Shown: positions 28,146 to 41,848 of the stretch, in pieces | How the letters are laid out: every line of letters starts with the position of its first letter | How positions within the stretch are numbered: position 1 is the first letter of the stretch | Assembly (NCBI GenBank): GCA_965649765.1 | Contig: OZ287748.1 | Span: forward strand, 86,490,001-86,554,000 | Source of the DNA: Bispira polyomma | Lineage: Eukaryota | Direction: 5' to 3' | Length of the DNA stretch: 64,000 nt | Notes under the pieces: generated by a model | What the model was told of the DNA's origin: nothing | Databases searched by the model: none | The model's input: only the letters and a program-made list of their open reading frames with translations | Program-made: the position numbers and the translations under genes

Positions 28146-29689
28146 AGAAAATGCCTTTCTGTATAGCTCTTTATGTTAGAATTGTATTTCTATTATTTTT
28201 TTTGACGGATACATACGCCTTTTCTGAAAGTCTAAAAACAGGTGGGTTGCTAAATGCAGCATTTTAAGCACTCCATGGTTTACCAATTTCATCCCATGCC
28301 ATTAAGATTGACAAGTTCTTTTCAAAGCCAGCTACAAATTTGGCAATGCCAGACATTTCCTAGGGGTTAACCACAGAACATTTGCTGCTGTGGTGATTAT
28401 TAGACAGGAACAAAAATAAACCAGAAATTACTGCATGCTCCCTTTTATCTCATTGTAATTTGTTTGCTGCTGTTAGCCTTGCTTGAGTCTCTCATTTTTT
28501 GCTCACTAAAATAAAGTAAACCACTATAAAGTCATAATATTGAGACACTGTGTGGTTAGAAAATAAGCCTTCAGTTATATACCCAAAAACCTACATTAAT
28601 TCATTTGTATAAAGTATGCAGATAAATAAATGTACAGTGTTGATAAAAAATTTCCACAATAATGATTGCCCGTGGTACACACTTCCAACAGTATGAGCAA
28701 AAGGTGTTTAAAATAATGTTTATGCGTTTCTTTTAATGTGAAAAGAAATAATTCTAAAACTTACCCATAACATGTGCAACATTAAACAAACTTAAGTGAT
28801 AATTGGGGTTTCACGTCGCTTTCTACATATTGTATAGGTTGTATTACAATGGCCAGTTATATGACGCTAAAAATTCAACGTCATTCATTTGTTTCATAAA
28901 TAAACTTGTACATAGAAATACATAGGCATGCCTTTTATGCAGAGAGTATATATTTAGTTTAAATGAAAAAAAAAAAAAAGTCTCGGCAAGGCTACAGATA
29001 TGATGGTTAAATTTCTCGGAAATTTAGGGGGCACATTAAAGATGAAAAAGAGCAGGATTGTTTAATAAATTGATAAATTGTTCTGTAGAAAATCAACACA
29101 TCACCTGCCAACACCTGGAAATATGTCCTGTGCTAGTCACTGTTAATGGAGTTTCCAGTGTGGAAAAAACCTCCAGGTCCTAATCGTTTTGTTTGTACAA
29201 GACCTCAAAGCTGTACTTAAACTGACACAAAGGCAGTGAAATGGATCATTCTGGCAACTGAGGAGGGTTGGCTATAATTGCAGTTATATAGTTAACATAG
29301 CATGTTATAAAAGGTGTAACAATAGTGATATATGTACTGTTAATGTTATTATCACTCATAGTGTTATTACTATCATTACCCTTGTTAGTATTATATTTTA
29401 CTTTATATATATATTCCCTGGGTGACTGAATGAAAAATGAGGATAGTTATAGTAAGTGTGACCATTTTAAAAATTAAAATACACTTTGAACCATTTAAAA
29501 AGACATATTTACTGTAATGACATGCATGTAAAACGTCCTACAATTACTTCTGCAGTGCATGTCCTTTGAATTTCACCAGTCATCTGGACTTCTTTTGTGT
29601 CTGTCTGTCTGTCCCTGTGTGTCAAATGACCGTAAGTTAACTAATAGAAGCCTCTTTGTGATCCCCATTTTTTAAGAGTTGGTCTGATG

Positions 29690-29800
29690 ATTAGAATGTC
29701 TGGGGTTGGATTCCTAGTACTGGCCGCTAGTTTCATTTGTGTGAGATAACATCCTTGGGCAAGATATGAACACAAGCATTTGCCTAGTGGCGCAGATGAC
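29690..29800 (+). mobile_element. SINE-like fragment (CORE-like)
   Basis: ggggttggattcc B-box-like followed by atccttgggcaagatatgaac. Confidence 0.45.
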
Positions 29801-30217
29801 CACTTCAAATTCCAGTCCACTATCACAGAGTTCTAACTCGAGTAGCAGGTTAAAGAGCTGTAGGGGGGCCGTTGATAAGTGGTCATCCTCAAACTTTGGC
29901 GTCCATACTGGCTGCCCATAAGAAAGCATATTTAAAATGATCCTATGTTGTATAAGTTCGCTATACCAAATATCATATGTTTAAATATAAGAAGCCCTCC
30001 CTGAAAATTATGACATTGTAATTGAAAACCAAATGATATAGTAATATACTGTATACTCCGTATTCAGTATAAGCTGAATGTCCAATATATCTACAGGATT
30101 TGGTATCTACAGGATTTGGTACCTTATCTAAAGCTGCTGCTTTTGTAAATTGGGACCTAACCAAAAAAAATTGATTCTGGTTCTAGAGAGAAATTTGATT
30201 TAGTGTATGTACACTTG

Positions 30218-30486
30218 TATGGGGCCTCCGATATCAGATGTCCGATTTGCAAAGTACAATTTTTCGTTCCCCCCCACCCTCCTTATATAAAAATTATTGG
30301 ATTATCACTTTAAACAGTGCGATTTTACATTCTCACCCGATTTTTTCATTCCTGGATGAAAAATTTTTAGATTCGAAAGCCGCTAACCGTGTGTTGCAAT
30401 TCACAGTCTGATACAAGTGAATAAAAAATATGAGGAGAAAAAAATTTGTTCTAGCAAATCGGACGTCTGATATCAGAAACTGCATA
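30218..30486. mobile_element. MITE with ~47-bp imperfect TIRs, TA-flanked
   Basis: gatatcagatgtccgatttgc on the left, gcaaatcggacgtctgatatc on the right. Confidence 0.8.
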
Positions 30487-32672
30487 CATATGCACATAAA
30501 CTTATATGTATAGTGGTTCTAGCTAAAGAGAGTCTACTGCATATATATATATATATATATAAAATGACTAATTGTGTGTATGTCAGAATTGAGCATATTG
30601 TTGTATTAATGTTATATCAACATTAAGCCTTTGATTAGGGCAGCCCTGGTTGGTTATCAGATAATTCAACAGGTTTTCTTTTTAATCAATATCTTAAAAA
30701 CTGGATTAATAGATTGTATTAAGCGGACTATGGCCATTTGCCATTAATGTAATTCACAAGTTTAGTTGTTTTAAATTAGCAGAAAAAATACATTCCACCG
30801 AGTTTAAACCTATTGAAGTTTTTATCCATTCATGATTATGTTAATGTGCTACTTCTCATAAGTCTCATTTTAACCTTAAAATGTGATTTAAGGAAGCATT
30901 TGTCAGTTTGTAACACAAACTAAATGGGTATATAGTTTATTTGTACAGCTATAACAACCTCGCAATCAAACTTTAGTTGCTTTTAAAGAAAACTTGGGTG
31001 CCAATTTACAATAATGTAGATCAAAACTTAGACTCACTTTAAGGTAAATACTTTACCTAAAGTTTGCGGTTGTCCACACATACCAACAAAAAGTTTTTGT
31101 TGACTTTTGATAAACTATTTGATCTAGCCTTTCTTGTGGTTTTTATCTGTTACCTTTAAAATATGTCAAATTCCTACACACACAAAAAAAAAACAACAAA
31201 ACTACACTAGGTGGCTTGAAAATAAATAGTTGCAGTCCTGTTGGGAGTACATTACGAATTAGTTTTCTGATTAATTAAACAAAGTTAAAAAATTTTAGAA
31301 GGTAATTTTTTTAAAAAACTTTTTCAAGCGATCAATGCCCTTTATTTGAAGTTTTTGCTTGGCTATCCAGAGAAGGAACTATAGTATGTGTGTGTGGCAA
31401 CGAGCTATCAGTAACAAATGGCAAATCATTCATTTAAAAAAAAAGCATATTTTATTTAAATTGATGTAACGACTTGGAAAGGCTGGGGTTAGAAACTAGG
31501 AAAAGCATACAACTTGAGTCAAGTGTTTTGTCACTGAGCATTTATTTACAATCAAAGTAGTTTTGTGTGTTCAATACACATTTGGAACCTCTTATGGAAC
31601 TGGATTGGGAGAACATAGGATGTGTAGTAGTAATAGGCGGGGAAATAAAAGAAATTACTTCATAAAGATTATAATCTTTTTGTCTGATCTGATGCTGTGG
31701 ATGAATTGTTCTTATTTGTAAAGTTTTCAAGCCAAAGGGGATATAACTTTATATATTCATATTTTGGTAAGAATTATAGTTTGTTAAATTAAATCTTGGA
31801 TAAGTAGGTAAGGTATAGTAATATCTGGTTAAATCTATACATATATATTAATTATTGATGAATTGTTTCAATAAAGTTTTGTAAAAGAAATGAAAAGTTT
31901 TAAAGAAATTACTGATATAATACATGTGTACTTAAAATTAATAATTATATAGAATATGTAGTAATTTTTGGCTTATTTGAATATTATTGTTTTTTAATTA
32001 AATGCATTTTTCTCTTGAAAATCAGTTCCAAAATGAACGTCTTTTAGATTTTCATCAAAAGCTTGTGGTTTTTGTGTATATTTAAACCACTATTTTCTAA
32101 ACTTTGATGTTTTTGTGAATAGGAAGACACTTTTTTTAAAATGGCTTTGACAATTGAAAGGTTACTTAATGGACATATTTAAAAAGAAGGAATGACTGTG
32201 TATTTCACTTCAGAGCAGTGCTAATTTTATTTCGTGGACTTAAACAAATCTTAAAAGAGCTTCTAACATATTTCAAAACAAAGGAACATATAATGACAAT
32301 TGAACCTAATGGCCGCCATCTAACAAAGAGAGATAAATATGTACATGTAGCTATATATGTTATACACATGTTTAATATTTAGTATACATAAACACTTGTT
32401 GAATGTTCTTGTATGTGTACTCAGAACTTATCTCAGAATTAAATATTAAAGTTTTTCAAAGTAACTCATGTACCCAGACGGAAGTAGGTTTTTGTCATTG
32501 GACCCATATATTGTTGGGTCCTTGGACAGATAAAAGCAAGGAGAACTGGGGGGGGAGAGGGGGGGAGAGGGGGGGGGGGTGGCAGTACGTCCCTATCAAA
32601 CGGATGTAAACCTCCTCATATGTGTATTTTATAACATTATGTATATTTGTTATCATTTGACATCTCATACAG

Positions 32673-32699
32673 TGGCGCAGTGGTGGCGGTTTCTTCTAA
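32673..32699 (+). CDS. Candidate 27-nt alternative microexon of the formin (adds SGAVVAVSSK in place of R)
   Basis: tttgacatctcatacag|TGGCGCAGTGGTGGCGGTTTCTTCTAA|gtaagc; stop-free and frame-preserving in the phase-2 intron. Sequence-only prediction. Confidence 0.35.
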   Translation, partial: WRSGGGFF

Positions 32700-35600
32700 G
32701 TAAGCATCACATGTGTGTACACAAATCATTTTGTAGAACATATATTTAAGGACACAGGACTTTTTTAGTTTGACTCTAAGACAATATAACAAACTGAAGA
32801 TATTTGTGTTTTTTTTGTTATAAATGTAAAAATAAAAATCCTTACATCTACATTCACCCCGATAGTTTGTTCCAGTTATAAGTTGAAATCAATTTATTTC
32901 ATAGCATAATTAAACTTAGTCATATTTAAATCTAGCTATTTTAATAATTTTTGAATATCCCTTTGTTCTCTATACAAGTGTTTGGTTTTAGACTTTAATA
33001 TATTGGACTTTGTAGATAAAATTTAACTGGCTTGACACTTGACAAAAAGAACTACCCACATATGATATGATGTATATATTTGTAGTATTTACTTAATTTA
33101 TTAGATAGAACTGTGGGGCATCCTGTTCAAATGAGACCCTTAAAAACTTGGTGTTTAAAGTTTTGTTTATAGAATCTGTTGATTTAATAAAAAAAACAAT
33201 TTCATTGGTCTCAAGGAGAATCAAATGGCATTTTCAACCTAAAAGTTGACATTGTTTAATGTTTGTGGTTTTCATGTTACTTTATGTCTCTAACTAAATA
33301 CACACACACATACACACACACGCCCTTTTTAAAAAAGTCACATCTCAGTGGAGCCATTTTTTTTAGCGCATGTGTATAAATCTCACCTAATGATTTGTTT
33401 ATTAAAATGTATAATCACCGGTAGTTCATGTTTTATTTATGACTCCAATTTCAAAATGACGTCATTGTATGATACAATTTAAATTAAAAATTACTTAGCC
33501 AAGTGGTGATTAACCCTCCCTACATGTTTAGGGGTTTACAATGGTAAACATGTAATAGGATAGCATACCCCTATTGGGTGAAATGCCATTTGTATAGAAG
33601 GTTTTTTTTACATCCCTAAAGTGTGCATGTTTCCACAATTTTAAACACAAGCCTTTGAGAGAGAAGTCATTCAGTCGGATATATTAAGAAGGAAAATTCA
33701 ATGAAACATTTTTGTATAGAATTCTAAATTTGTTCTTTTAATTAACATAAAACATGGAATACTGCTACATGTAAAAGGTAAGCATTTTATGGATATATTA
33801 GAAGTGTGCCTAACTTTTTCACTTGTTTGTACTTAGGTGTACTTTAATTTAATGGTCATGGGAAAAGTCACGCAATTTTTCAAGTCTAGCCAAAAAATTT
33901 TGGTTTGACCGCGACCACAACTGCAGCAGAATGGCACAAATTTAATTCTGGTCTGTGTCTTGTAACAGTAATAGACATCACAAAATCAAATTGTGCAAAA
34001 TAAAATGATGTCATATCTACACCTGGAAAGTGAAATTTTGTCTGGAAAAGTCATGGATCTCTGGAAATCCTGTATTTAAATTAACATACATGTACTACAT
34101 GATATCATTGTTTTTAATAATCATTTTGAATAATTTTGGTTTGGCATTTAAAGAGGAAATTCTCTCATGTTGTTACAGGTAATAACAAATGTACATGGCA
34201 AGTGATCTTTTAGTATGTATATTAACATGTATAACCCACTCAGCCATTTATAAATTTGAAGGATAGACAAACAAGAATTAGATTAGAATCCCAAGGTTTA
34301 AAAACACACCTGTAATTTGTGGGATTGTTGGTTTCTATTTTACCCTGTGATTGATAGCAGAATGGAAACACCTCATCACAGGTCACGAGAAATAATAAAA
34401 AGGGGAAAGAGAAAACTCCTAGGTAGCCTTCAAGTAAGTCAATTTAAAAGTGTGTGGCCACATAGAGGTAACGGGAGGGTTAGCCTTAACAAGACCAGGG
34501 GTTTTCCGGCCTGTGGCTCAAGATTGAGTTCTAAATTTGTAAAACACTTTTTCTTAAATGTGTCAGTTTACCTGCTGGGCACTTTCCCACTGGGGGCTTT
34601 TACTGCTGAGTACTTTTCCATACACCTGATAAAAGATATAATCATTCGATAATCATTTACTACTAAATACTGTATAAGCAAACATTTTAGCTGGAAAAAA
34701 GTTTTACTGATTTATATTTTATTGGATTTAATTTTTATAATTGGCTATTTATCTTACTTGAAATATAAACACAAGTTTAAATTTTCACTGGAAATAATTT
34801 TTTTACTATTCCATCTTATTAGCTAAAATAGCTAAAATTCAATTTTTAGTAAAAATTTCTCCATTTGAAGTATTCGGGGACGAATCTGAGGCTAGGCAAA
34901 GGCTAGGTGTAGTTACAAAGTATTGAATTCTGTATGTTGATAGACTGGACACAATTCTTTTTGGGTGGTGTTGGAGTGTCCCTCTTCAACTGTCACCCTA
35001 TACTTACAGGGGTGGCTCAAGCTTTTGTCACATGGTGTGTAAGGAATCCTATTGTTTGACAAGGTCAGGGTGAAACAAAAATGGCACCTAGGGTCATTAA
35101 TTAATTCACCCATATAAATAACATAAAGGGGGATGGGTATGTCATGGGGTGGGGTGGGGGGGGGGGGGTGAGGAGGGTGTGAGGGGTGTGTGTGGGGATG
35201 GACAGTTACACTCAGCTTGAAGTCTTCATGCATTGTAGCTTTCATTCAGAGTTTTCTGGGGGGGGGGAGGGGGGGGGGGGAAGGCATTATTTCACTAAAC
35301 AAAGCTTAGCTTAAAATGTGTGGAAGGTTGATTTATTTGAAAAAAAACATTATGTCATATTAACTTATTTTATATATATTTGTTAGTGTGTAAAAAGGAT
35401 TTGCTATATATATATGTACTGAAACATACACATACTTGGTTTAAATGGATACTTTTGTGTGTATAAAAATTCTGGAATTTTAGAAAATGCAGGTGATTAA
35501 AAATGTAAAATATCGAATAAATAAAGGCTACACAATTGTATTCTAAGGGAGAAATATACTGTATAAGTTATAAATAGAGAAAAAGCTTGGTACAGTTCTC

Positions 35601-36409
35601 TCACCTGTAAAACCTAGTGAGTATTTACTTAAGTCTAAGATAAAACAGTTATTGCCTTGGATAAAAACCAGATGGAACAAGTAACAAAGGATGGGGTTTG
35701 AAAACTCCCAGTTCTCTATTAATGGTTTTTTTTACTCACTACTTGTGAAGTCTGGACTGATAAATTACATTCAAGGATGGGCTGAGATTATACAATGTGG
35801 TAATGGTGTATTGAGGCTCCGGGAAAAAAATACAGGTATAATATACTTAAAGGTAGCATCAAAGTACCAATTAGTTGTAACAATTAATTATATGATGTAA
35901 AATGAGCTTCACTCACTCACTATCAATTAAAAAATATTACAAGGATTTGGGTTAATATATATTTTACCAGTAAGAAGGTTTCCATTTATAGATCAAAATG
36001 AGTTGAAAATGTAATAACTAAGTTTTGAGCCTTTCTTTTCTAGAGAGGAATCAATGAGTAGCAGATAGCTAAAGTCTTCTTCACAAGCAAGCAATGCCTT
36101 CTCGAGTAAAGAGACGATTTTTATTTGTCTGAAGAAAAAAAAATGGGAGTAAATGTGTTAATTTTATATATAGAACATTACTGCAACTGGGTTGAATGCA
36201 TCTCTTTCTTATGGAAAAAAAGGTAAAATAATATGAGAAACTTGCTGTAAGATTCATGGATACTAATATCTTCTCTGCCAGAATCTCTGCAAGGGGCATT
36301 TACCTGGTCTTGTAGAAGGCTTAAGTTGTATTCAGTTGATGTATTATTATTCTGTCTTAGTATATACCATCTAATTTGTGTCATATAGAATCATACCCAT
36401 ATACTTAAG

Positions 36410-36597
36410 TATGTTAACCTCTATAATATGAACATGTTTGGAGAGCCATATTTTGTTTTGTATAATAGAAGATTCACAACACATAAGAGGCAGTTATCTA
36501 TAAAAATAATAGTAAAATATACATTTAAGACAGTGAAAGTGAGTTCATAAAATCTAATATTTGGATAATAGAAGTTCAGATAATAGAGGTTTTACTG
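36410..36597. mobile_element. pogo/Tigger-type MITE, degenerate left end
   Basis: aacctctataatatgaac ... gttcagataatagaggttttactg|ta; same family as 58550-58733. Confidence 0.65.
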
Positions 36598-36907
36598 TAT
36601 ACACAATGTGAATATGAAAGCAGAAAAAGCAAATCATGCTTCATGTAGCTGAAGCAATACAGTATAATAACAAACCAAATAAAGTATGTTGGACTCAACG
36701 TTTAGGCGATGGTCAACCACCAGTGACTCTTTATGTTGGTACCTGGTCACCATCACTGTTCTGTTTTTGCAGAAGTAAGGATGCTTTTTATAAGGGACAG
36801 AAAAGTATGACTGGGTGTTAAGGACCCAAATAACATGGAAACTCAAAAATTACAGCAATACTAGCATGCTCTAATGAAATTAACTAAATATAAATACATC
36901 AATAATT

Positions 36908-37150
36908 AATTTAGTTTTAATTTGGGTTTAACGTCGCTTTCAATATGTTTAGTGTCATACCATGATGGGAGGTTACTGGTAGATGAAATCAGAAAGGGCA
37001 GTTGATAAAGGTTTTCTGTAATGCAAACTACCACCCTTTAGCAAGTCTTCTGCCAACTTTACTTCCCACATACACGCCAGGGCCGAGATTTAAACCCATG
37101 AAATGCAGAGGTGGGAGGCGAGTGTGTTACCACTAAATCACAGTGGCCCC
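36908..37150 (-). mobile_element. tRNA-derived SINE family 2, near full length
   Basis: Reverse strand ggggccactgtgatttagtggtaacacactcgcc...gggtttaaatctc...gacttgctaaaggg...ttgaaagcgacgttaaacccaaa. Confidence 0.82.
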
Positions 37151-37954
37151 CACATCAATTATAAAATAACGGTCTTTTAACAAAGTTTGAGCCCCAAGCC
37201 TGGCTGTTTTGTTTAGTCCAATTCAATGGATCCAGGCGTGAATAGAAATACATGTAAGTTCTTATCCTAGAAATCAAGAACAGGCCGTGCAAATGTCACT
37301 GCTATAAAAATGTGTAGTGTGTGTGTGTGTAATTTCTGAATAGTCTAGAATTCTGGCGCATGTGTGTGTGTGTGTATGTGTGTGTACATGGCAGGAAGTG
37401 TTTGGCTAGGATATGTTATAAAACTTTTCGAAAATCTGTGCTTATTTTTAAAATATAGCTTGTATTAAGGATATATATACTGGTTAACAGAGGTAGTAAA
37501 TCAAGATACCACCATAACATGATAAAAACTATTATTAAAAAGGAATGATGTAAAAATAATTTTTAAATAAATGTTCGGATTGTATGGTAACAGAAATTTA
37601 AACTATATCCTTGTTTAATGTCAATTTAAAAAACAAACAAATTGAAAGTATTATGGATATACATGTAGTTATAGCAACTAGGATGTTGTAAAACTACATA
37701 CATTGTATATATTATTACAAGACTGGGCCTGTTTCCTGGTTTGATAAACATATATTCTCTCTCTATATAATGTACAGTCGAAACTCTTTAAGTAGAAGTC
37801 TATGTTAAATCACTTTACACAGGGGTTTGACTGTTTATAACACAATTACACAAAGTTACACTATGAATTAACACTATAAAGGAACATTTCGCCAAATAAG
37901 GAGAAAAGTCTAATTTACCAAAATAACTCTGGTTGTGTTTTTGTGTCTTTCCAG

Positions 37955-38099
37955 AAAATCCGATCCTGGAGACTCTGACCTGACTGTCCAGTTGGACGTG
38001 TTTGACCAGTGGAAAGCTAACGATGATGAACAGCTGCCCGGGGCAGACGGAGTGGACTTAAACAGCCATCTGGACGTATTCCATGCCATTATAAAGCAG
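37955..38099 (+). CDS. INF2: Formin exon D (145 nt): KSDPGDSDLTVQLDVFDQWKANDDEQLPGADGVDLNSHLDVFHAIIKQ
   Basis: Acceptor tctttccag at 37954, donor CAG|gttagt at 38100; DLxxQLDVF and GVDLNSH motifs of DID end/dimerisation region. Confidence 0.92.
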
Positions 38100-38301
38100 G
38101 TTAGTCTACTTATATATATACAGGGGTGATAGGTTCTGGATGTATTGCATGCTATTATTAAGTAGGTGAGTCCACTTATTATAAAGGGGTGACAGGTTAT
38201 GGCGGTATTCCATGCCATTATCAAGCAGGTAAGTCCAGTTGTATACAGGTGTGATAAGTTCTGGATGTATTTCATACTATTATCAAGAACATGAGTTCAC
38301 T
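38070..38301 (+). repeat. Tandem repeat, ~3.6 x 62-66 bp, spanning exon D donor
   Basis: Units start at 38070, 38136, 38199, 38261: CTGGAYGTATTCCATGCCATTATNAAGCAG|GTNAGTCCACTT...GGTGAYAGGTT. Confidence 0.92.
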
Positions 38302-38954
38302 CAATAAGGATTATTAGCGAAAAATTGCTCAGCATTGGTTGACAGGCTGTAAATAAATTAGAAAACATAGATAAAGCAGTCGATTCTAACGAACAAAATA
38401 GACCAGAAAATCAAACGCATGGAAACACAACAATCTGCTGCTATCTGGCTACCATTAGTCTGCTACATGGAAACATTGGCATATGAATGTTGAAGATGGT
38501 CAAATCTGACATAGAGTACAGAGAGCTGATGAGTGATACCATAAGTGATACTATAAGGATGCAGTGTGGTTGTGACCACATCCTTCCCCACTAACCAATG
38601 TTTAGCATGTCTGCACGCCATAGATCATCTAAATGGAGGGACATTAAAGGACCTAAATGATTTCAAGATAGTGGTTTGAAAATAAACATAAAATACACAA
38701 GGTGAAACACTCAAGTGGTATTGACTGGCAAAATAAATATGGTTTCATTGTTATAAATAGCACCACACCTTTTCTGGTGCCACAAATCATGAACTCAACT
38801 TATATTTAAATCTTTGTACTGTAAAACTTCTATTTTCTCAATTTTCCATTTCCAAATATTCACCTTTTAAAAACTTAATTCTCAACGCACCTGTCATATG
38901 TTATGAACATTTTATTAGGGGTTGTTCCTATATTGTCAACTTTGGATCTGAAAG

Positions 38955-39255
38955 ATCTTAGGGCAACGGTTCGACCCTTGCTGCTGGCCTGGTGATTGTA
39001 GCCTTGGACAAAGTACTTTACACAAAGTTGTCCCTCTTTTCTAACCATGTGTATAAATGGGTACCTAGCCGCTAATGGGTGCTGGTCTTTGTGCGCCGTA
39101 TGTGGCAGCATGGCCAGAATGCTACCCGAGGGAGCTGAGACTGAACAAATGGTTGACAAGTGGAAGAACCCAGGCTGGGGTAATAATGTCAAAGCACATT
39201 CGATAACAGTGATGTTCACAACTGTGATGTATCAAATAAATAATAATAATTATTA
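38955..39255 (+). mobile_element. CORE-like SINE (family 1) with (AAT)n tail
   Basis: ggttcgaccc B-box, ccttggacaaagtacttt...tgtgtataaatgggtacc, agcatggccagaatgct...gagggagctga, tail aataaataataataat. Confidence 0.82.
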
Positions 39256-40750
39256 CTATGTGTATTTCATAGAATATAACAGTTAAAATAGTTAAGATAG
39301 AATCAAAACTTTATGTGTGATCTAAATCAGTATTTATGGTTAGTTCACCTTTCGTCTCCAAAGAGGTTATTTTTCTCACCATTATCCATGTATGAGGTTT
39401 GTGTTTGTCACCAGGATTATGTAAAAACTACTTTTGTGTTGAGGGATTGTGGGATGGGGGCAATGTTAGGCCAAGTCTCAAAATCCATTACAGTTTGGAC
39501 TGATTCTGGCCAGCTAGAAGGGCGGATCCATGAATTTTTGAGTTTTTCATTTTTTGTTGTTACTGTGGCACCTTTGCAGAGGGAAGCACTCTTCAGAGTG
39601 CCTTTCTGGTTTTAAATATTTAATATTTTCCATTGCTTTTGGTCTTGGTATTAATTCCTCAAGTTCTGTTTTTACAATTTCAAAAATTATGTTTAAAATA
39701 TCCAATAGCTTAAATTACTCTGACATAGTATGTATGGCCATTTGATGAATTTTCTATTGTCCCATATATTATATCCTATTTTCATTGTTATTTTGGTTAA
39801 TATAGAGAGGTTTATTTATATAGGGTCATGTGACCAATTAAATTGGATTTAAAAAAGGGACACATCTAATTAGGCTCTACCACAGTAAACATATCATATG
39901 CCACTCTGTGATGCACAGTAAAGTAACGTGAGCCTCACTTTCACTAAACAGATTAAAAATAATATTTCATCGCACATACAAACCAATGCCCAACAGCTAC
40001 ACAATATTATGATATTAATACCGGGGTACTCTACAAAAACCCCAGTGAACTAGAAAATCTAAAAACTAGCCTTTTAAAAATAGTTTAAATTATATGAAAA
40101 AAACAATGTATGTCAAGTTATTAAAGATAGGTAGAATGAATTGGTTAGCTTTTGGATTTTTTTTATGGATAACATCATCACACGTATTAAGCATGTCTTA
40201 TCTGGCTTGAAGGGTATATAGGTTTCCCCTTATTATTGTAAAATCTAAAATTTCAAAAATCTATATATGTAGAGTATCACTGTGGGGTCAGTAATATATG
40301 TAAGGAAAGATAAGTTAGGGGACATTTTGATTCAAATAATAAATATCTTCCGCCCTTGCAGTAATAAACTCTGTAAATACACACATATATACTGGTCTAC
40401 ATAATTTATCATCATATCAATAACATACATGAGGCTTCAAAATTAGTTAAACAAACAGTATTTGCAAAATTTATAACCCAAAAACCCCCAAGCAATTTCC
40501 TCCTTGATATGGTCTGTAACCTTATATGTTAAGAGGTTTCTTAACTGAAGTACATGTACTGTACATGTATATAAATTATTATCAGTGGGAATTTTTAGGC
40601 GAAATAAAAATTTTACTGATGTCATCATTTTATTTCTAATAAAGGAATTTATTTTCAACATTAGTCCTAATGATATCATGTTTAAATAAAGATTTAATGT
40701 TTTTAATAAATATTAATTTTCACATTTAGTCACTTACCCAACTCTGTAAC

Positions 40751-40930
40751 TAACAAGAGTTATTATGTAAAAAAGACACATGCACACCCAGTACGTGAAA
40801 TACACTAAAGTTGATATGGCCAATGTATGCTCAGGCAAATCTGACACCCCTCAGGTTGGATGGGTCGATTTCTTCTAAACAATCCATGAAAAGGCCTTAA
40901 ACATTATTTCTAAGATGGCGACACCTTTTT
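40751..40930 (+). repeat. ~170-180-bp repeat, inverted partner of 42387-42550
   Basis: taacaag...cgtgaaata...ttgatatggcca...ttatttctaagatggcg matches the reverse complement of 42387-42550. Confidence 0.8.
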
Positions 40931-41439
40931 TAATGTCAGTGCCCTTTCCAGAATGAAAACAGCATCAGGCTGCGCCTGATAAAAGTAGCCTGTAAACTAA
41001 ATTCCTAGTGTAACTGTCCACTTATAAATAGAGTAATTTAACAAGCTGGACAAGGTGTGAAGTATGTCAAGATTAGGTCAAGTGTAGTAATAAAGAGTTG
41101 AGTAGTTAAGTTAGTATGTAAAAACATGTGCTGATTTAATGGGTCAAAAGTCAACCACAACTATGAAGGAAAACAAAAAAAAACCCAAACACCGCTCTCA
41201 TTAACAATTGTTCTAGTCATCAAATGATTGTCATAATAAATTAAGAGTTTTATTACCTCGTGAACCAAACCCCCCAGCAAGTGTATTATGTACACATTGG
41301 GGTCACATCTTGTAATATTATTACTGTACATGATTGTTATTAGAAAAAAAAGAAATAGGAAAAGTATTTATATAACATGTAGCAAAGAAGGTTTCTGCAC
41401 GTTTTATTGGTATATTGATATATAAATCACATAACCTGT

Positions 41440-41640
41440 CTTTTAATCGAACCAATGTTCAAATCTCTGGTTCTGGCATGCATTTGTGGAAAAGTTGACA
41501 GTAGACTTGCTGAAGGCCAGTAGTTTTAGAGTACAGAAATGTTGACCAACTACCCTCTACTCTCTACTCATTTCCTCTATTAGTAAAACTGGCATTAGTG
41601 ATAGTATAATACACAGGTGTTTGGAAGCGACCTTAAACAT
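41440..41640 (+). mobile_element. SINE family 2, 5'-truncated
   Basis: tgttcaaatctc...tgtggaaaagttgacagtagacttgctgaaggcc...gaagcgaccttaaac. Confidence 0.72.
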
Positions 41641-41848
41641 TGACTACAGTATAACCTGTATTATGAAAACCACTATTATCTTAATATTTGATTTGATAAA
41701 CTCTTTTCTACTTTCCTAATTTTCTGTTTTTTCTAATTGCCTAATGTTTTATACAGAAATGCCTACTCTATTTTATATTTGATGAAACTTCGATTATCAC
41801 ACCAATGATTACACTGTATTTGTAATGATGATCTCAATACAAATGTTT

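Noticed and set aside
35145-35280. Poly-G/poly-C tracts as G-quadruplex regulators (also ~96, 18173, 27017, 32548, 43698, 56842)
   Set aside because: Simple homopolymer runs scattered without positional pattern; no supporting evidence of function.
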